64,000 nucleotides of DNA from the NCBI GenBank assembly GCA_963768055.1, contig CAVYGN010000001.1, positions 1,600,001 through 1,664,000 on the forward strand, written 5' to 3'. A program made the position numbers and the translations under genes. Below, in pieces: positions 40,054-49,240 of the stretch (its first letter is position 1; every line of letters starts with the position of its first letter). The stretch comes from an uncultured Spirochaetota bacterium. Lineage in GTDB: Bacteria; Spirochaetota; Brevinematia; Brevinematales; JAOACQ01. The notes below the pieces were generated by a model. The model saw only the letters and a list, made by a program, of their open reading frames with translations. It was not told where the DNA came from and made no database searches.

Positions 40054-40291
40054 ATCAGGGCCGTTTTCAATATCAGCAAGAGCTATAGATGTAAAGACCA
40101 CAAAAGAAGAATTATCAGTATATCTCGAGGATGGAAGGAAATTGTCTGTCCCTCTGGAATGGTTTCCGAGGCTGCGGGACGCTACGGAAGCAGAGCTGGC
40201 TGATTGGGAATTTATCGGCGGCGGCATCGGCATTCACTGGGAAAAGCTTGACGAGGACATTTCAGTCCGCGGGTTGCTGGAATCGGAATAG
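40037..40291 (+). CDS. DUF2442-family protein (putative antitoxin)
   Basis: LEDGRKLSVPLEWFPRL...GGGIGIHWEKLDEDISV.GLL; GGAGG RBS. Confidence 0.88.
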   Translation: MDTSVRSGPFSISARAIDVKTTKEELSVYLEDGRKLSVPLEWFPRLRDATEAELADWEFIGGGIGIHWEKLDEDISVRGLLESE

Positions 40292-40414
40292 AAATCAGGA
40301 GAAATACCCTCTTGTTGGAGGTGTTTTTTCAATCCTAGAAGAAGAATTGAAGAATAAAATAGACCTTTTTACTGGTGAATCTGGGTGACAGATTGCATAT
40401 TGATCGATTCGGCC

Positions 40415-42226
40415 CTATTCGCTCTCATCAAGCAGGGGCACTATCATGTTCTCCCTTAATTCCTCCCTGCTCAGGAAGGGATAAAGATCCTCCAGGGGCT
40501 TGGAAATGATCCTGCCGTCCGGAAGCTTTTGAGAAGAAAGTTTCGGCTTGAATTCGTAATCCTCAGGAAGTTTAAGCTCGCAGATCAAGGGCCCGGCATG
40601 GCTTAAAACATCCTTTATCCGGTTTTTCAAATCTTTCTGGTTTTCAATAACCATTGACGGAATTCCGTAAGCGTCCGCTATTTTCCTTATATCCGGAAAG
40701 CCGACGCCCGTCGACGGATCCGTGCCTGTCCGCCTCCCGAAGAAATTGTCCTGGGTCTGCTTGATCGAGATATATCCGTTATTATTAAAATAAAATAATT
40801 TTATGGGAAGCCTGAAAGAAGATACCGTCATTAATTCCTGGATATTCATCTGAAGACTGCCGTCCCCGCAAAGGCAGATCACGTCTTTTTTATTGCCGGC
40901 GAAACATGCTCCTATCGCGGCGGGCAGATCGTAACCCATCGCGGCGCAGCCGGAATTCCAGATCACCCTCTGCCCTTTCCTGACAATCCCGTTCTGGAAA
41001 TACGCTATGCTGGGAGTGGCGTTGCCCGCAACAACTATTGCATTATCAGGGAGGCATTCGCTTAATACCGAACAAAAAAAGTACGGATCTATACGGGAAT
41101 CCTCTCGTTTGTTCTCTTCAGGAACGATAAAATACCTGTTTTTCCTTTCTATGCACCAGTCGAGCCATCCGGACCAATCAGGGAGTTTTAATCTGCCCAT
41201 AGCGCCTGTCAAATTATCAAGAAATGCTCCCGCATCGGCCAGGATAGAAATATCGGGGACCATCGTATTTTTCAGTAATTCGGATTTATCGATATCGACG
41301 ACGATCTTTTTTGCTGAACGCGCGAAATACCGGTATGAATAGCTGATCTGGCGGATATTGTTCCTCGATCCGACCGACAGCAATAAATCCGCGTTTTGCA
41401 GCGCGAAATTGCCGCTCCGGTTGCCTATTGTGCCGATCCTGCCGGCAAATAGAGGATTACCGGTTTCAATTAAATCAAAACCGTTAAAACTGCTGAGGAC
41501 CGGAATTTTGATTTTTGAGATAAAATTATTTAATTTATCTATCGCATGCGCAAGGCGGATTCCATGACCGGCTAAAAATACCGGCCTTTTCGATTCAAGA
41601 ATTTCTTTTATTACTGTTTGCAGCTGGGAACCGGATGGATTTATGCCGGCGTCTATCGGATTTTTTATAGTCGAATCAGATGACAGTTTGTTTTCATCTA
41701 CCTGGGCGGACTGCACGTTCATCGGTATATCCAGCCAGACGGGCCCCGGCCTCCCGGACAATGCTATTCCGATTGCTTTATCCAGTTCTTCACGGATTTT
41801 CATAGGATCGGTGACCATTTTTGCATACTTGGTAAGCGGCCTTACGACACTTATAATATCAGTTTCCTGATCGCCCAACTGCCTCAGGGAAATATCCGGC
41901 TGTGAGTAAATTGTGGTCTCGAATTTCACCTGTCCGGAAATATACAATACGGGGACCGAGTCGGTCCATTGACCCATCAATCCTGTCAGGGTATTTAAAC
42001 CTCCGGGGCCCGTAGTGACGTTTACAACTGCAAGTTTGCCTGTCGTCCTTGCATAACCCTCGGCGGCTATGGCGCAAGCCTGTTCATGGTGATTGAAAAC
42101 ACATTCTATACCCGGGCAAAAGCCGAACGCGTCATTGAGATGCATCGCTCCGCCCCCGGTTACCATAAAAACATGTTTAACTCCGATTTTATTAAGATAT
42201 CCCGCAATAAAATCAGCCAAACGCAT
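40415..42226 (-). CDS. ThDP-dependent acetolactate-synthase-like enzyme (YerE-like sugar branching carboligase)
   Basis: HHEQA, TTGPG, GDGS...NN ThDP motif; last gene of the dideoxysugar operon; no ilvN/ilvH. Confidence 0.88.
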   Translation of the reverse strand: MRLADFIAGYLNKIGVKHVFMVTGGGAMHLNDAFGFCPGIECVFNHHEQACAIAAEGYARTTGKLAVVNVTTGPGGLNTLTGLMGQWTDSVPVLYISGQVKFETTIYSQPDISLRQLGDQETDIISVVRPLTKYAKMVTDPMKIREELDKAIGIALSGRPGPVWLDIPMNVQSAQVDENKLSSDSTIKNPIDAGINPSGSQLQTVIKEILESKRPVFLAGHGIRLAHAIDKLNNFISKIKIPVLSSFNGFDLIETGNPLFAGRIGTIGNRSGNFALQNADLLLSVGSRNNIRQISYSYRYFARSAKKIVVDIDKSELLKNTMVPDISILADAGAFLDNLTGAMGRLKLPDWSGWLDWCIERKNRYFIVPEENKREDSRIDPYFFCSVLSECLPDNAIVVAGNATPSIAYFQNGIVRKGQRVIWNSGCAAMGYDLPAAIGACFAGNKKDVICLCGDGSLQMNIQELMTVSSFRLPIKLFYFNNNGYISIKQTQDNFFGRRTGTDPSTGVGFPDIRKIADAYGIPSMVIENQKDLKNRIKDVLSHAGPLICELKLPEDYEFKPKLSSQKLPDGRIISKPLEDLYPFLSREELRENMIVPLLDESE

Positions 42227-43318
42227 TTATAAACCCCTTTTATAGATTAAATCCTTCAATTCTTCGTTATAAGCGTAAGGGCTGTCTATATCCTCGATTT
42301 TTATAGGTTCATCCCTGTTAATCGCCTTCAATAAAACTTCACCGGACATTAATTCCCGGCATGAAATCTGGCCTTTCAGCAGCGGCACTGCCATATAAAT
42401 GTCATCGTTTATCAATGCATGCTTGAGGGTGTAACCGGCCGGCAGGTCGCGTTTCGCATATACGCCCCTGACCAATCCGTCCAGATATTCTATTTCAGCT
42501 TTACTTTGAGGCCGGAAATCGCTTCCCGGAGAACCGCTCATTTCTTTTGCTTTTTTAAAGGCCTTGATCCAAGTATCGATCTGGTGAGGCTGCGAGCAAT
42601 AAGGAGAAATTTTATAGCCCTCCTCTTCAATATCGATATGTCTTTCATAAGTTCTCGCGCCCTTTGCATATGCTATCAAAATTGAAGAAGCCCAATCATG
42701 GTATTCATGGGTCGAATAACCTATAACATGATTCGGATAACGTTTTTTCAGGAAATCGATCTGGTTTAAATTCAAATCCGCATCCTCCGACGGGTATAAG
42801 GACACGCAATGATTTATTGCCAGAGGTATATTTCTGTTTTCAAAAAAAGTCACCAGATCGTCCAGATCCTTCAGGGACGCCCCGCCGATCGAAACGATAG
42901 TCGGTTTTCTGCACTTTGCCACCGCTTCAATAAGGGGCCAGTCGTTCATGTCGGAACTGGCGATTTTCAGTATTTGAACCCCCAGGTCGCTGCATAAATC
43001 GACCGATTTTTCATCAAACGGCGTGCACATTGTTATACAGCCCGATTTTCTTGTTTCTTCGATCAATTTGCCGTATTCATCGACGCTCAGTTGCGTATCC
43101 AGAGTTTTTTTTATGTATCTTATATCGTTACGGTTAACATAATCTTTATGAATAAAATTTTTCACATCCCTGAATTGAAGTTTGATAGCCGCACGGACAT
43201 TGTTAAAACGTATAATTTTAGAAAATTCACCGATTATCTTCAACCCCCTGTCGACCTTTCCCCAGTGGTTGTTTGCCAATTCCAGAACAAATAAATCTTC
43301 AAAAAGATCCCTGTTCAT
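42227..43318 (-). CDS. NeuB-family PEP-dependent synthase with C-terminal SAF/AFP-like domain
   Basis: ELANNHWG, IKLQ, TPFD, KIASSD, HCVSLYP, GYSTH, ERH motifs. Confidence 0.9.
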   Translation of the reverse strand: MNRDLFEDLFVLELANNHWGKVDRGLKIIGEFSKIIRFNNVRAAIKLQFRDVKNFIHKDYVNRNDIRYIKKTLDTQLSVDEYGKLIEETRKSGCITMCTPFDEKSVDLCSDLGVQILKIASSDMNDWPLIEAVAKCRKPTIVSIGGASLKDLDDLVTFFENRNIPLAINHCVSLYPSEDADLNLNQIDFLKKRYPNHVIGYSTHEYHDWASSILIAYAKGARTYERHIDIEEEGYKISPYCSQPHQIDTWIKAFKKAKEMSGSPGSDFRPQSKAEIEYLDGLVRGVYAKRDLPAGYTLKHALINDDIYMAVPLLKGQISCRELMSGEVLLKAINRDEPIKIEDIDSPYAYNEELKDLIYKRGL

Positions 43319-43984
43319 TTAAACCTCCAAGTTTAATAACGTAAGCAGCTGGCGCATTTTATCCAGCCTGTAATCGGGATTTTCAGAATTTAACTCTTCC
43401 CGGTCTCCATATCCCCCGTAAAAAGCGGCGCTGATGCAGCCCTTATTCCTGGCTGAACGGATATCGGCGGCTGTATCGCCGATAACTACAGTTTCTTCCC
43501 CTTCTATCTGCCATTTATCAAGCAAATCCTGTATTATATCATCCTTTGAATCGTAACTTTTTACCCCGCCGCTCGCGGTAAAAACATCCTGGAAAAAGCC
43601 TCTCAGTCCGAATTTAACCAGTAGCCTTTCCGTCGGAATAAAAGGTTTATTGGTCGCGACAAATATCTTCTTTTTATTATGAACGATTCTTAAAATTTCT
43701 TCAACACCGGGATATATACGTGAGAAAGGATAATCAGACGTATCATAGCCTGTCCTGAAACCCGATAAAATTTTTTCCCTCATTTCAATCGATAAATCCG
43801 GGTCGATATTTTCGATCATTTTCTTTACCGGCGGTCCTATACGCAGCTTCTTTTTATTCTCCTCGCTTAAAATAAAACCGTTTTTATAAAAAGAAGATAC
43901 GATCGTATCGATAATATCCTGCGCAGTATCTATCAAAGTCCCGTCAAGATCGAAGACAAGGTTCTTTATTTTTATTCCGTTCAT
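43319..43984 (-). CDS. HAD-family phosphatase
   Basis: FDLDGTL, ATNK, IGDT..D motifs; ATG at 43984 lies just after the upstream stop. Confidence 0.9.
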   Translation of the reverse strand: MNGIKIKNLVFDLDGTLIDTAQDIIDTIVSSFYKNGFILSEENKKKLRIGPPVKKMIENIDPDLSIEMREKILSGFRTGYDTSDYPFSRIYPGVEEILRIVHNKKKIFVATNKPFIPTERLLVKFGLRGFFQDVFTASGGVKSYDSKDDIIQDLLDKWQIEGEETVVIGDTAADIRSARNKGCISAAFYGGYGDREELNSENPDYRLDKMRQLLTLLNLEV

Positions 43985-43988
43985 AGAG

Positions 43989-44870
43989 TTACTTGTCAAT
44001 GAGCAATTTATTGCGGTCGATAGCCGGCTTGTTATTTTCATAGTAAGCCATCAAATCTTTAATAGAATCATCAAGGGGGGTAAATCCAAGATTTTTCATC
44101 TCTTTCTTCAATCTGAAGTTGTCGCCGCTATATTCCATACCCATTCCCGGCAAAGCGGCCCGGATCGGAATATTCTTGCCGGACAATTTTAATATTTTAC
44201 CGGCTATATCCAGCAATTCGACAGCGCTGTCGGGAGTCACATTATAGGCGTGGAACAAAGGGGTTTCTTCGATGAAATATTCCAGGACCGGCATCAAATC
44301 GTCAATATACAGATAATCGAAACGCCTGTTTTGATTCATTGTCATAGGCAGGCCGAATATCGCTTTGCAGATCATATTCGAAATAAACCGGATGGCATAA
44401 TCCTCATATTTACCGAAGATCCCGAATATCCTTAAATCGTAAATATTACCGCCTCTTTCAATAAACCGGTCGATAACATATTTGGAGAGCCCATGTTCGT
44501 CAAGCGGTACGTGCGTGCCGGCGTATTCTTCTTTCATTTTCGGCTGATAGTATCTCATATCGTAAACCGCCCCCGAACCCGTGACGATCATCTTGCTGTA
44601 ATAATCGGCGTTGCGGGCCAGGTTGAAGAAGATCCTCGTATTGGTATAAAAGATCCCGGCGGGGTCCTTCGCGTTCCTGTGCCCGGGCTTTGCCGCCGCA
44701 TGGATTATAACATCTATTTTATTATTTTTGATATAATCCCTGACCGAATTTTCATCCATAAGCTCGAGTTCCTTATGGCCCGGCGCTTTGATAGTATACT
44801 TGCGGGCGAGGGCGGATTCCAGTATGTTCCTGCCGATAAATCCGCTGCCCCCGGTCAGAAATATATTCAT
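43989..44870 (-). CDS. NAD-dependent epimerase/dehydratase/reductase (extended SDR)
   Basis: TGGSGFIG, HAAA, GSGAVY, HGLSK (His replaces the usual Tyr of YxxxK), FDYLYIDD. Confidence 0.88.
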   Translation of the reverse strand: MNIFLTGGSGFIGRNILESALARKYTIKAPGHKELELMDENSVRDYIKNNKIDVIIHAAAKPGHRNAKDPAGIFYTNTRIFFNLARNADYYSKMIVTGSGAVYDMRYYQPKMKEEYAGTHVPLDEHGLSKYVIDRFIERGGNIYDLRIFGIFGKYEDYAIRFISNMICKAIFGLPMTMNQNRRFDYLYIDDLMPVLEYFIEETPLFHAYNVTPDSAVELLDIAGKILKLSGKNIPIRAALPGMGMEYSGDNFRLKKEMKNLGFTPLDDSIKDLMAYYENNKPAIDRNKLLIDK

Positions 44871-44880
44871 CTTTATACCT

Positions 44881-45579
44881 TCATTCCCATTCGTCGGTCC
44901 TGACGAATACTTCAGGGACTCCTTTATCGAGCATGTACCGCTTAAAATTAAGGGTCATGACCGGAGGCCCTGAAATAAAGAACACAGAGCCGGCAGAGCC
45001 GGCGGGGTTTTCGTTCAAAATCCTTGCTATATCGAGCATGCCCTTGTCTTCCTGGTCTATTATAAAAGCCCGGAATGACGGATTGATCTCTTTCGCTTTT
45101 GCAATCTCTTTATCATATATATAATAATCTTTCGACCGAACGCCTAAATAAAGCCTCGGATTTGCATACTCCGCGAACAGGCCGCTTGTAAAAAGGGAAA
45201 GGAAAGGCGTAACGCCGGTGCCTCCCGCTATAAATACGGTTTTATCTTTAGAATGGGGCCTGCTGAAAAGCTCTCCGTAAGGCAATTTAAGCCACAGGTT
45301 TTTTCCTGCAGCGATCTCTCCGGCCATCCTTCCGGTAAAAACCCCTTTTACAGAATAAGTGATTTTAATCATACTGTCGCTCTCGCAGGTCTGCATGGAG
45401 AAACACCTGGACTCGGGCCATGGGGCGGACGGGTCGTATTTATCCAGCGCAAGGTGGAGGAATTGGCCGGGCAGGTATTTATAGGGTTTATCCAGGCTCC
45501 GCATCGACAATGTGAATATTCCCGGAAAATGCGGGGTAACGCACTCGACCCGGGAAAGGTATTTTTTTATAATCGCCAT
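44881..45579 (-). CDS. FAD/NAD(P)-binding reductase (E3/DdhD-like, lacking 2Fe-2S domain)
   Basis: PGQF, RCFS, PYG, FIAGGTGVTPF, SGPPVM FNR-type motifs; directly after the E1 gene. Confidence 0.8.
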   Translation of the reverse strand: MAIIKKYLSRVECVTPHFPGIFTLSMRSLDKPYKYLPGQFLHLALDKYDPSAPWPESRCFSMQTCESDSMIKITYSVKGVFTGRMAGEIAAGKNLWLKLPYGELFSRPHSKDKTVFIAGGTGVTPFLSLFTSGLFAEYANPRLYLGVRSKDYYIYDKEIAKAKEINPSFRAFIIDQEDKGMLDIARILNENPAGSAGSVFFISGPPVMTLNFKRYMLDKGVPEVFVRTDEWE

Positions 45580-45581
45580 AT

Positions 45582-46886
45582 CTAACCCGTGTAATCTTTC
45601 ATAAAGTCGTTTACCGCGCTTTCTATGTACCGGAGCATATCCTCCGTCATGCCCGGGTATGTGCCCAGGAAAAAGGTATTGTTCATTATATAATCGGTAT
45701 TTACAAGGCTTCCCGCAGTCCTGTAATTGACCCCCTCGAAAAAAGGCTGCCTCGTCATATTTCCCGCGAAAAGATAACGGGTTTCGATGAGTTTTTCGTT
45801 CAAATGCCTTACCAGTGCGTCCCTTTTAAAGGGGGTCCCTTCCTTTAAAGTTACGATATACGCGAACCATGCCGGGTCGGAGTTTTCCGAGGCCTCGGGG
45901 ATTATAAAATATTTGTCGTACCTTCCGAAGATCCGGCAGTACGATTTGAAATTTTTCTTTCTTTTCTCGCAGAAATCCTTAAGCCTGTCCATCTGGGCGC
46001 TTCCTATGGCCGCCTGTATATCCGTCATCTTCAGGTTATAGCCGGCCTCCGAATAAACATATTTATGATCGTAACCCTCCGGCAGGGTCCCGAACTTCTG
46101 GCTGAACCTTTTTCCGCATGTATTGTTCTCGCCGCTGCCGCAGTAGCAGTCCCTTCCCCAATCCCGGAGCGACCTGATTATCCTGGCCAGTTCGTCGTCA
46201 TTAGTGACTACAGCCCCTCCCTCTCCCGTCGTTATATGATGGGCGGGATAAAATGATATAGTCGACATATGCCCGAACGTACCGGTATACATGCCCTTGT
46301 AAGTACTTCCGAAAGAGTCGCAATTGTCCTCGATCAGCCAGAGGCTGTTCTTTTTGCATATATCCGTTACGGCGTCTAAATTATACGGATTGCCGAGAGT
46401 ATGCGCCAAAAAAACGCACCTGGTTTTCGGGCCTAAGGCCTTCTCCAGCATTTCAATATTTATATTGTATGTGCCCAGGTCGACATCCGCAAAAACAGGG
46501 ATCAGACCGTTCTGGATAACGGGCGTAACTGTGGCCGGAAAGCCTGCCGCCACGGAAATAACCTCGTCTCCGGCCTTAAGCCTTTTATCGCCCAATCTTT
46601 TCGAAGTCAGGGCCGTAAGGGCAAGAAGGTTCGCCGAGGAACCGGAATTGGTAAGTATGACATTGGAAACCTGCAGAAAATCCGATATCTTTTCGGAAAA
46701 TTCCTCCGCGAAACGGCCTTCGGTCAGCCAGAAATCCAGGCTGGCCTCTATGAGTTTCAGCATTTCCCTCTCGTCAAAAACCCTTCCCGCGTACCTGACG
46801 ATATCCTTACCGGGCATGAATTTCCTGTTTTTATAATTATCTTCATAATAGCGTTTTACAAGCCCGGAGATTTCACTATCCAGCAT
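45582..46886 (-). CDS. rfbH: CDP-4-keto-6-deoxyglucose 3-dehydrase (E1)
   Basis: NSGSSANL, HTLGN, EDNCD, SFYPAHHITTGEGG, RDWGRDCYC...NTC, YDHKY. Confidence 0.95.
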   Translation of the reverse strand: MLDSEISGLVKRYYEDNYKNRKFMPGKDIVRYAGRVFDEREMLKLIEASLDFWLTEGRFAEEFSEKISDFLQVSNVILTNSGSSANLLALTALTSKRLGDKRLKAGDEVISVAAGFPATVTPVIQNGLIPVFADVDLGTYNINIEMLEKALGPKTRCVFLAHTLGNPYNLDAVTDICKKNSLWLIEDNCDSFGSTYKGMYTGTFGHMSTISFYPAHHITTGEGGAVVTNDDELARIIRSLRDWGRDCYCGSGENNTCGKRFSQKFGTLPEGYDHKYVYSEAGYNLKMTDIQAAIGSAQMDRLKDFCEKRKKNFKSYCRIFGRYDKYFIIPEASENSDPAWFAYIVTLKEGTPFKRDALVRHLNEKLIETRYLFAGNMTRQPFFEGVNYRTAGSLVNTDYIMNNTFFLGTYPGMTEDMLRYIESAVNDFMKDYTG

Positions 46887-46899
46887 CGATGCTTCCCCC

Positions 46900-49239
46900 T
46901 TATTCCAGCTTTTTATAATAAAACATAGTCCCTGTCCTGTCTGCTATTTTATAATTCTTATCAAGCAAAGTCTTTATAAATGAAAAATAATTATCGTCGA
47001 CCGGCGAAAGATCGTCGAGGAACACTTTCGGCCTTGAGGTTTCAAGAATGCTGCTAAGCCTCCCGGCGTCGTCTCGGGTAAATAATTCAATAAAACCCGG
47101 ATTAAAAGCGGATATTGTCCTGCTGTCGTTCAAATACATTCCTTCGAAACTCCTGGAGAGGACGATGATTTTTTCACCCCTGGCCGCATATTTTTTTATG
47201 AAAGCTATATTATCTTTAAGGAAGTCGCCCCCGCCGGAAGGAATTTTAGAAAACTCGAATACGCAGTTCCTTTTGAAAATCAGGTCGTAGATACCTCCCG
47301 AATTCGAGAAAATATCGATAAATGAAAACGAAAGAATGAAAATAATAGTCCCCGCAAAAAAAGCGGCGGATATATGACGGGACCTTTTTATTTCGGACAA
47401 AAGAAGGTCGGCGAATATGGCTATTAAAATAAAAAAATAGCTCCATACGTTGACAAGGTTCCAGTTATGGCTTCTTCCCCCATAGTAAACGAAGGTTCCC
47501 GTCCCGACAAGGCTTACAAGGAAGATAATCGCCGCATTTTTGTCGATCCTGTTGTTAATAAAAGCTGCAAAAGCATAAAGAAAACCGATTAGGTAAGTTA
47601 AAACTACTATATTCCAGGGGTGAAGAAGCGGCATCGGAAGCATACCGAAACCCAGGCCCGAAAAAAGGGAAATTGTTGAAAACATTTTCATTAAATCGGG
47701 GAAACTCCCGTAAAACAAGCGGATTGAAAGAGAGTATAATGCTAAAGAAATAAAGAGGATCAAGGCCGCGTTTATAAAATGAAGAATTATCCTGATTGCG
47801 GTTTTCTTAAAATCCAGGTTTTCCAGTTCCAGGTAGCATAAATAAAACAGCCATGATAAGAAAACGACAGTCCCTGTATCCGGGTTCCATAAAACCGAGA
47901 TTGAAGATAATATGAAAGAAAGATAATAAAGCCGTTTTTTCCTGTATTCAAAATATAAGGCTGAAATCATCAAAAGCAGCATGGGGAAGATAAACCTCAA
48001 GGGATGATACTGGAAATAAAAATCCCATGTCATTATTTTGCCGAAAAGATAGCCGAGAAACACGATCGAAGTGAAGCATAAAAAGACAATCGTCCTGTTA
48101 TCGATAATTTTATGCAGAAAAATCAAAAGGAACCCGAAAGACAGGCACAGCAGGACTGACATCACGATAGAAAAGCTAAGAATGGAGAGGCCGGTTAGGT
48201 TGAACAGGGGGACCAGAAATTGGGGATACAGACCGTAAGTATTTGTAAAACCGCTGACAAGCAGCGGAACGCCGGCGGCGGCCTGAGTCACGGAATAATA
48301 TACCGCGGAGAAGCTCCAGAGCGAGTTGAACATTCTTTCGGCGTCGAATTTAGTCATGAGATTTATAAAATTGAAATCGATATTAAATATGTTAATAGCC
48401 GGAATCAGGAGAAATATATATGCATAAACAGCAGAAAAAACAATTTTTAAACCCCTGTTTATCTTTCCATCAGCGGGATATTTCATTAAAAAGAAAAATA
48501 TTGCCGGGAATATTATTAGGCTGTAAATAGAAAACTGCAGGTATGGCAGGGATTTTAAAAAATAGAACTGGACGTTAAGAAGATTATGGTCGGGATCGCT
48601 GTGAAGGAGCCCTGCCAGGGCGAGACCCAGGAATGCCGGAAAGCTTGCCGGAAAGGCGATCGAAAATATCCGCCCGGTATTTTTACTGCTTTGTTTGCTA
48701 AAAACGGTTTTAAAAAAAATGTAAAAAACAAATGCAAATACAGGCAACAGGATAAGCCCTGTACCGAAGATCAATCTTTCAAGGGGCTTGGGCTGAAAAA
48801 TCCCGGGATCCAGGATCGATACTTCGGATGCTTTTTTCAGGATCGCCCCGATATCGGGATGGTAGAATTTTGTAATTATGAAAGCGATTATGATAAATAA
48901 TAAAATAGCCGAACACAGGCTGAATATAAAGTATAGGTATTCTCTTTTAAATCCGGTTAAGTCTTCGGGATCCGCAGGCGGGGTTTTAAATCCCGGCAGT
49001 TTTATAAATTGAAAAAACAGGGCCCATAAAAAAAGAATAGCCCCGAATTTAACGCTTTCCCAGCCCAGGGTCTTCAATTTATCCGCCCAATCGGCAGCCG
49101 CCGCTTTGCCTTTAAGCAATGAGCCGCCGTGAAGCAGCAGGCTTGAGAAATCCCTGTCGTTGATAACGGCGAGACCCAGAAGAAGAAAAAGGAATCCTGC
49201 AAGGAACAGGAAAACGCTGCGAGGTTTGATCACAATCAT
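46900..49239 (-). CDS. Large polytopic membrane protein, GT-C-like
   Basis: More than 15 hydrophobic helices, YG.YP and WNPDTG loops, soluble C-terminal domain. Start uncertain (49239, 49260 or 49302). Confidence 0.55.
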   Translation of the reverse strand: MIVIKPRSVFLFLAGFLFLLLGLAVINDRDFSSLLLHGGSLLKGKAAAADWADKLKTLGWESVKFGAILFLWALFFQFIKLPGFKTPPADPEDLTGFKREYLYFIFSLCSAILLFIIIAFIITKFYHPDIGAILKKASEVSILDPGIFQPKPLERLIFGTGLILLPVFAFVFYIFFKTVFSKQSSKNTGRIFSIAFPASFPAFLGLALAGLLHSDPDHNLLNVQFYFLKSLPYLQFSIYSLIIFPAIFFFLMKYPADGKINRGLKIVFSAVYAYIFLLIPAINIFNIDFNFINLMTKFDAERMFNSLWSFSAVYYSVTQAAAGVPLLVSGFTNTYGLYPQFLVPLFNLTGLSILSFSIVMSVLLCLSFGFLLIFLHKIIDNRTIVFLCFTSIVFLGYLFGKIMTWDFYFQYHPLRFIFPMLLLMISALYFEYRKKRLYYLSFILSSISVLWNPDTGTVVFLSWLFYLCYLELENLDFKKTAIRIILHFINAALILFISLALYSLSIRLFYGSFPDLMKMFSTISLFSGLGFGMLPMPLLHPWNIVVLTYLIGFLYAFAAFINNRIDKNAAIIFLVSLVGTGTFVYYGGRSHNWNLVNVWSYFFILIAIFADLLLSEIKRSRHISAAFFAGTIIFILSFSFIDIFSNSGGIYDLIFKRNCVFEFSKIPSGGGDFLKDNIAFIKKYAARGEKIIVLSRSFEGMYLNDSRTISAFNPGFIELFTRDDAGRLSSILETSRPKVFLDDLSPVDDNYFSFIKTLLDKNYKIADRTGTMFYYKKLE

Positions 49240-49240
49240 A

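Noticed and set aside
40415..42226. Annotation as housekeeping acetolactate synthase ilvB
   Set aside because: No regulatory subunit or ilvC nearby, and it is translationally coupled to a nucleotide-sugar operon.
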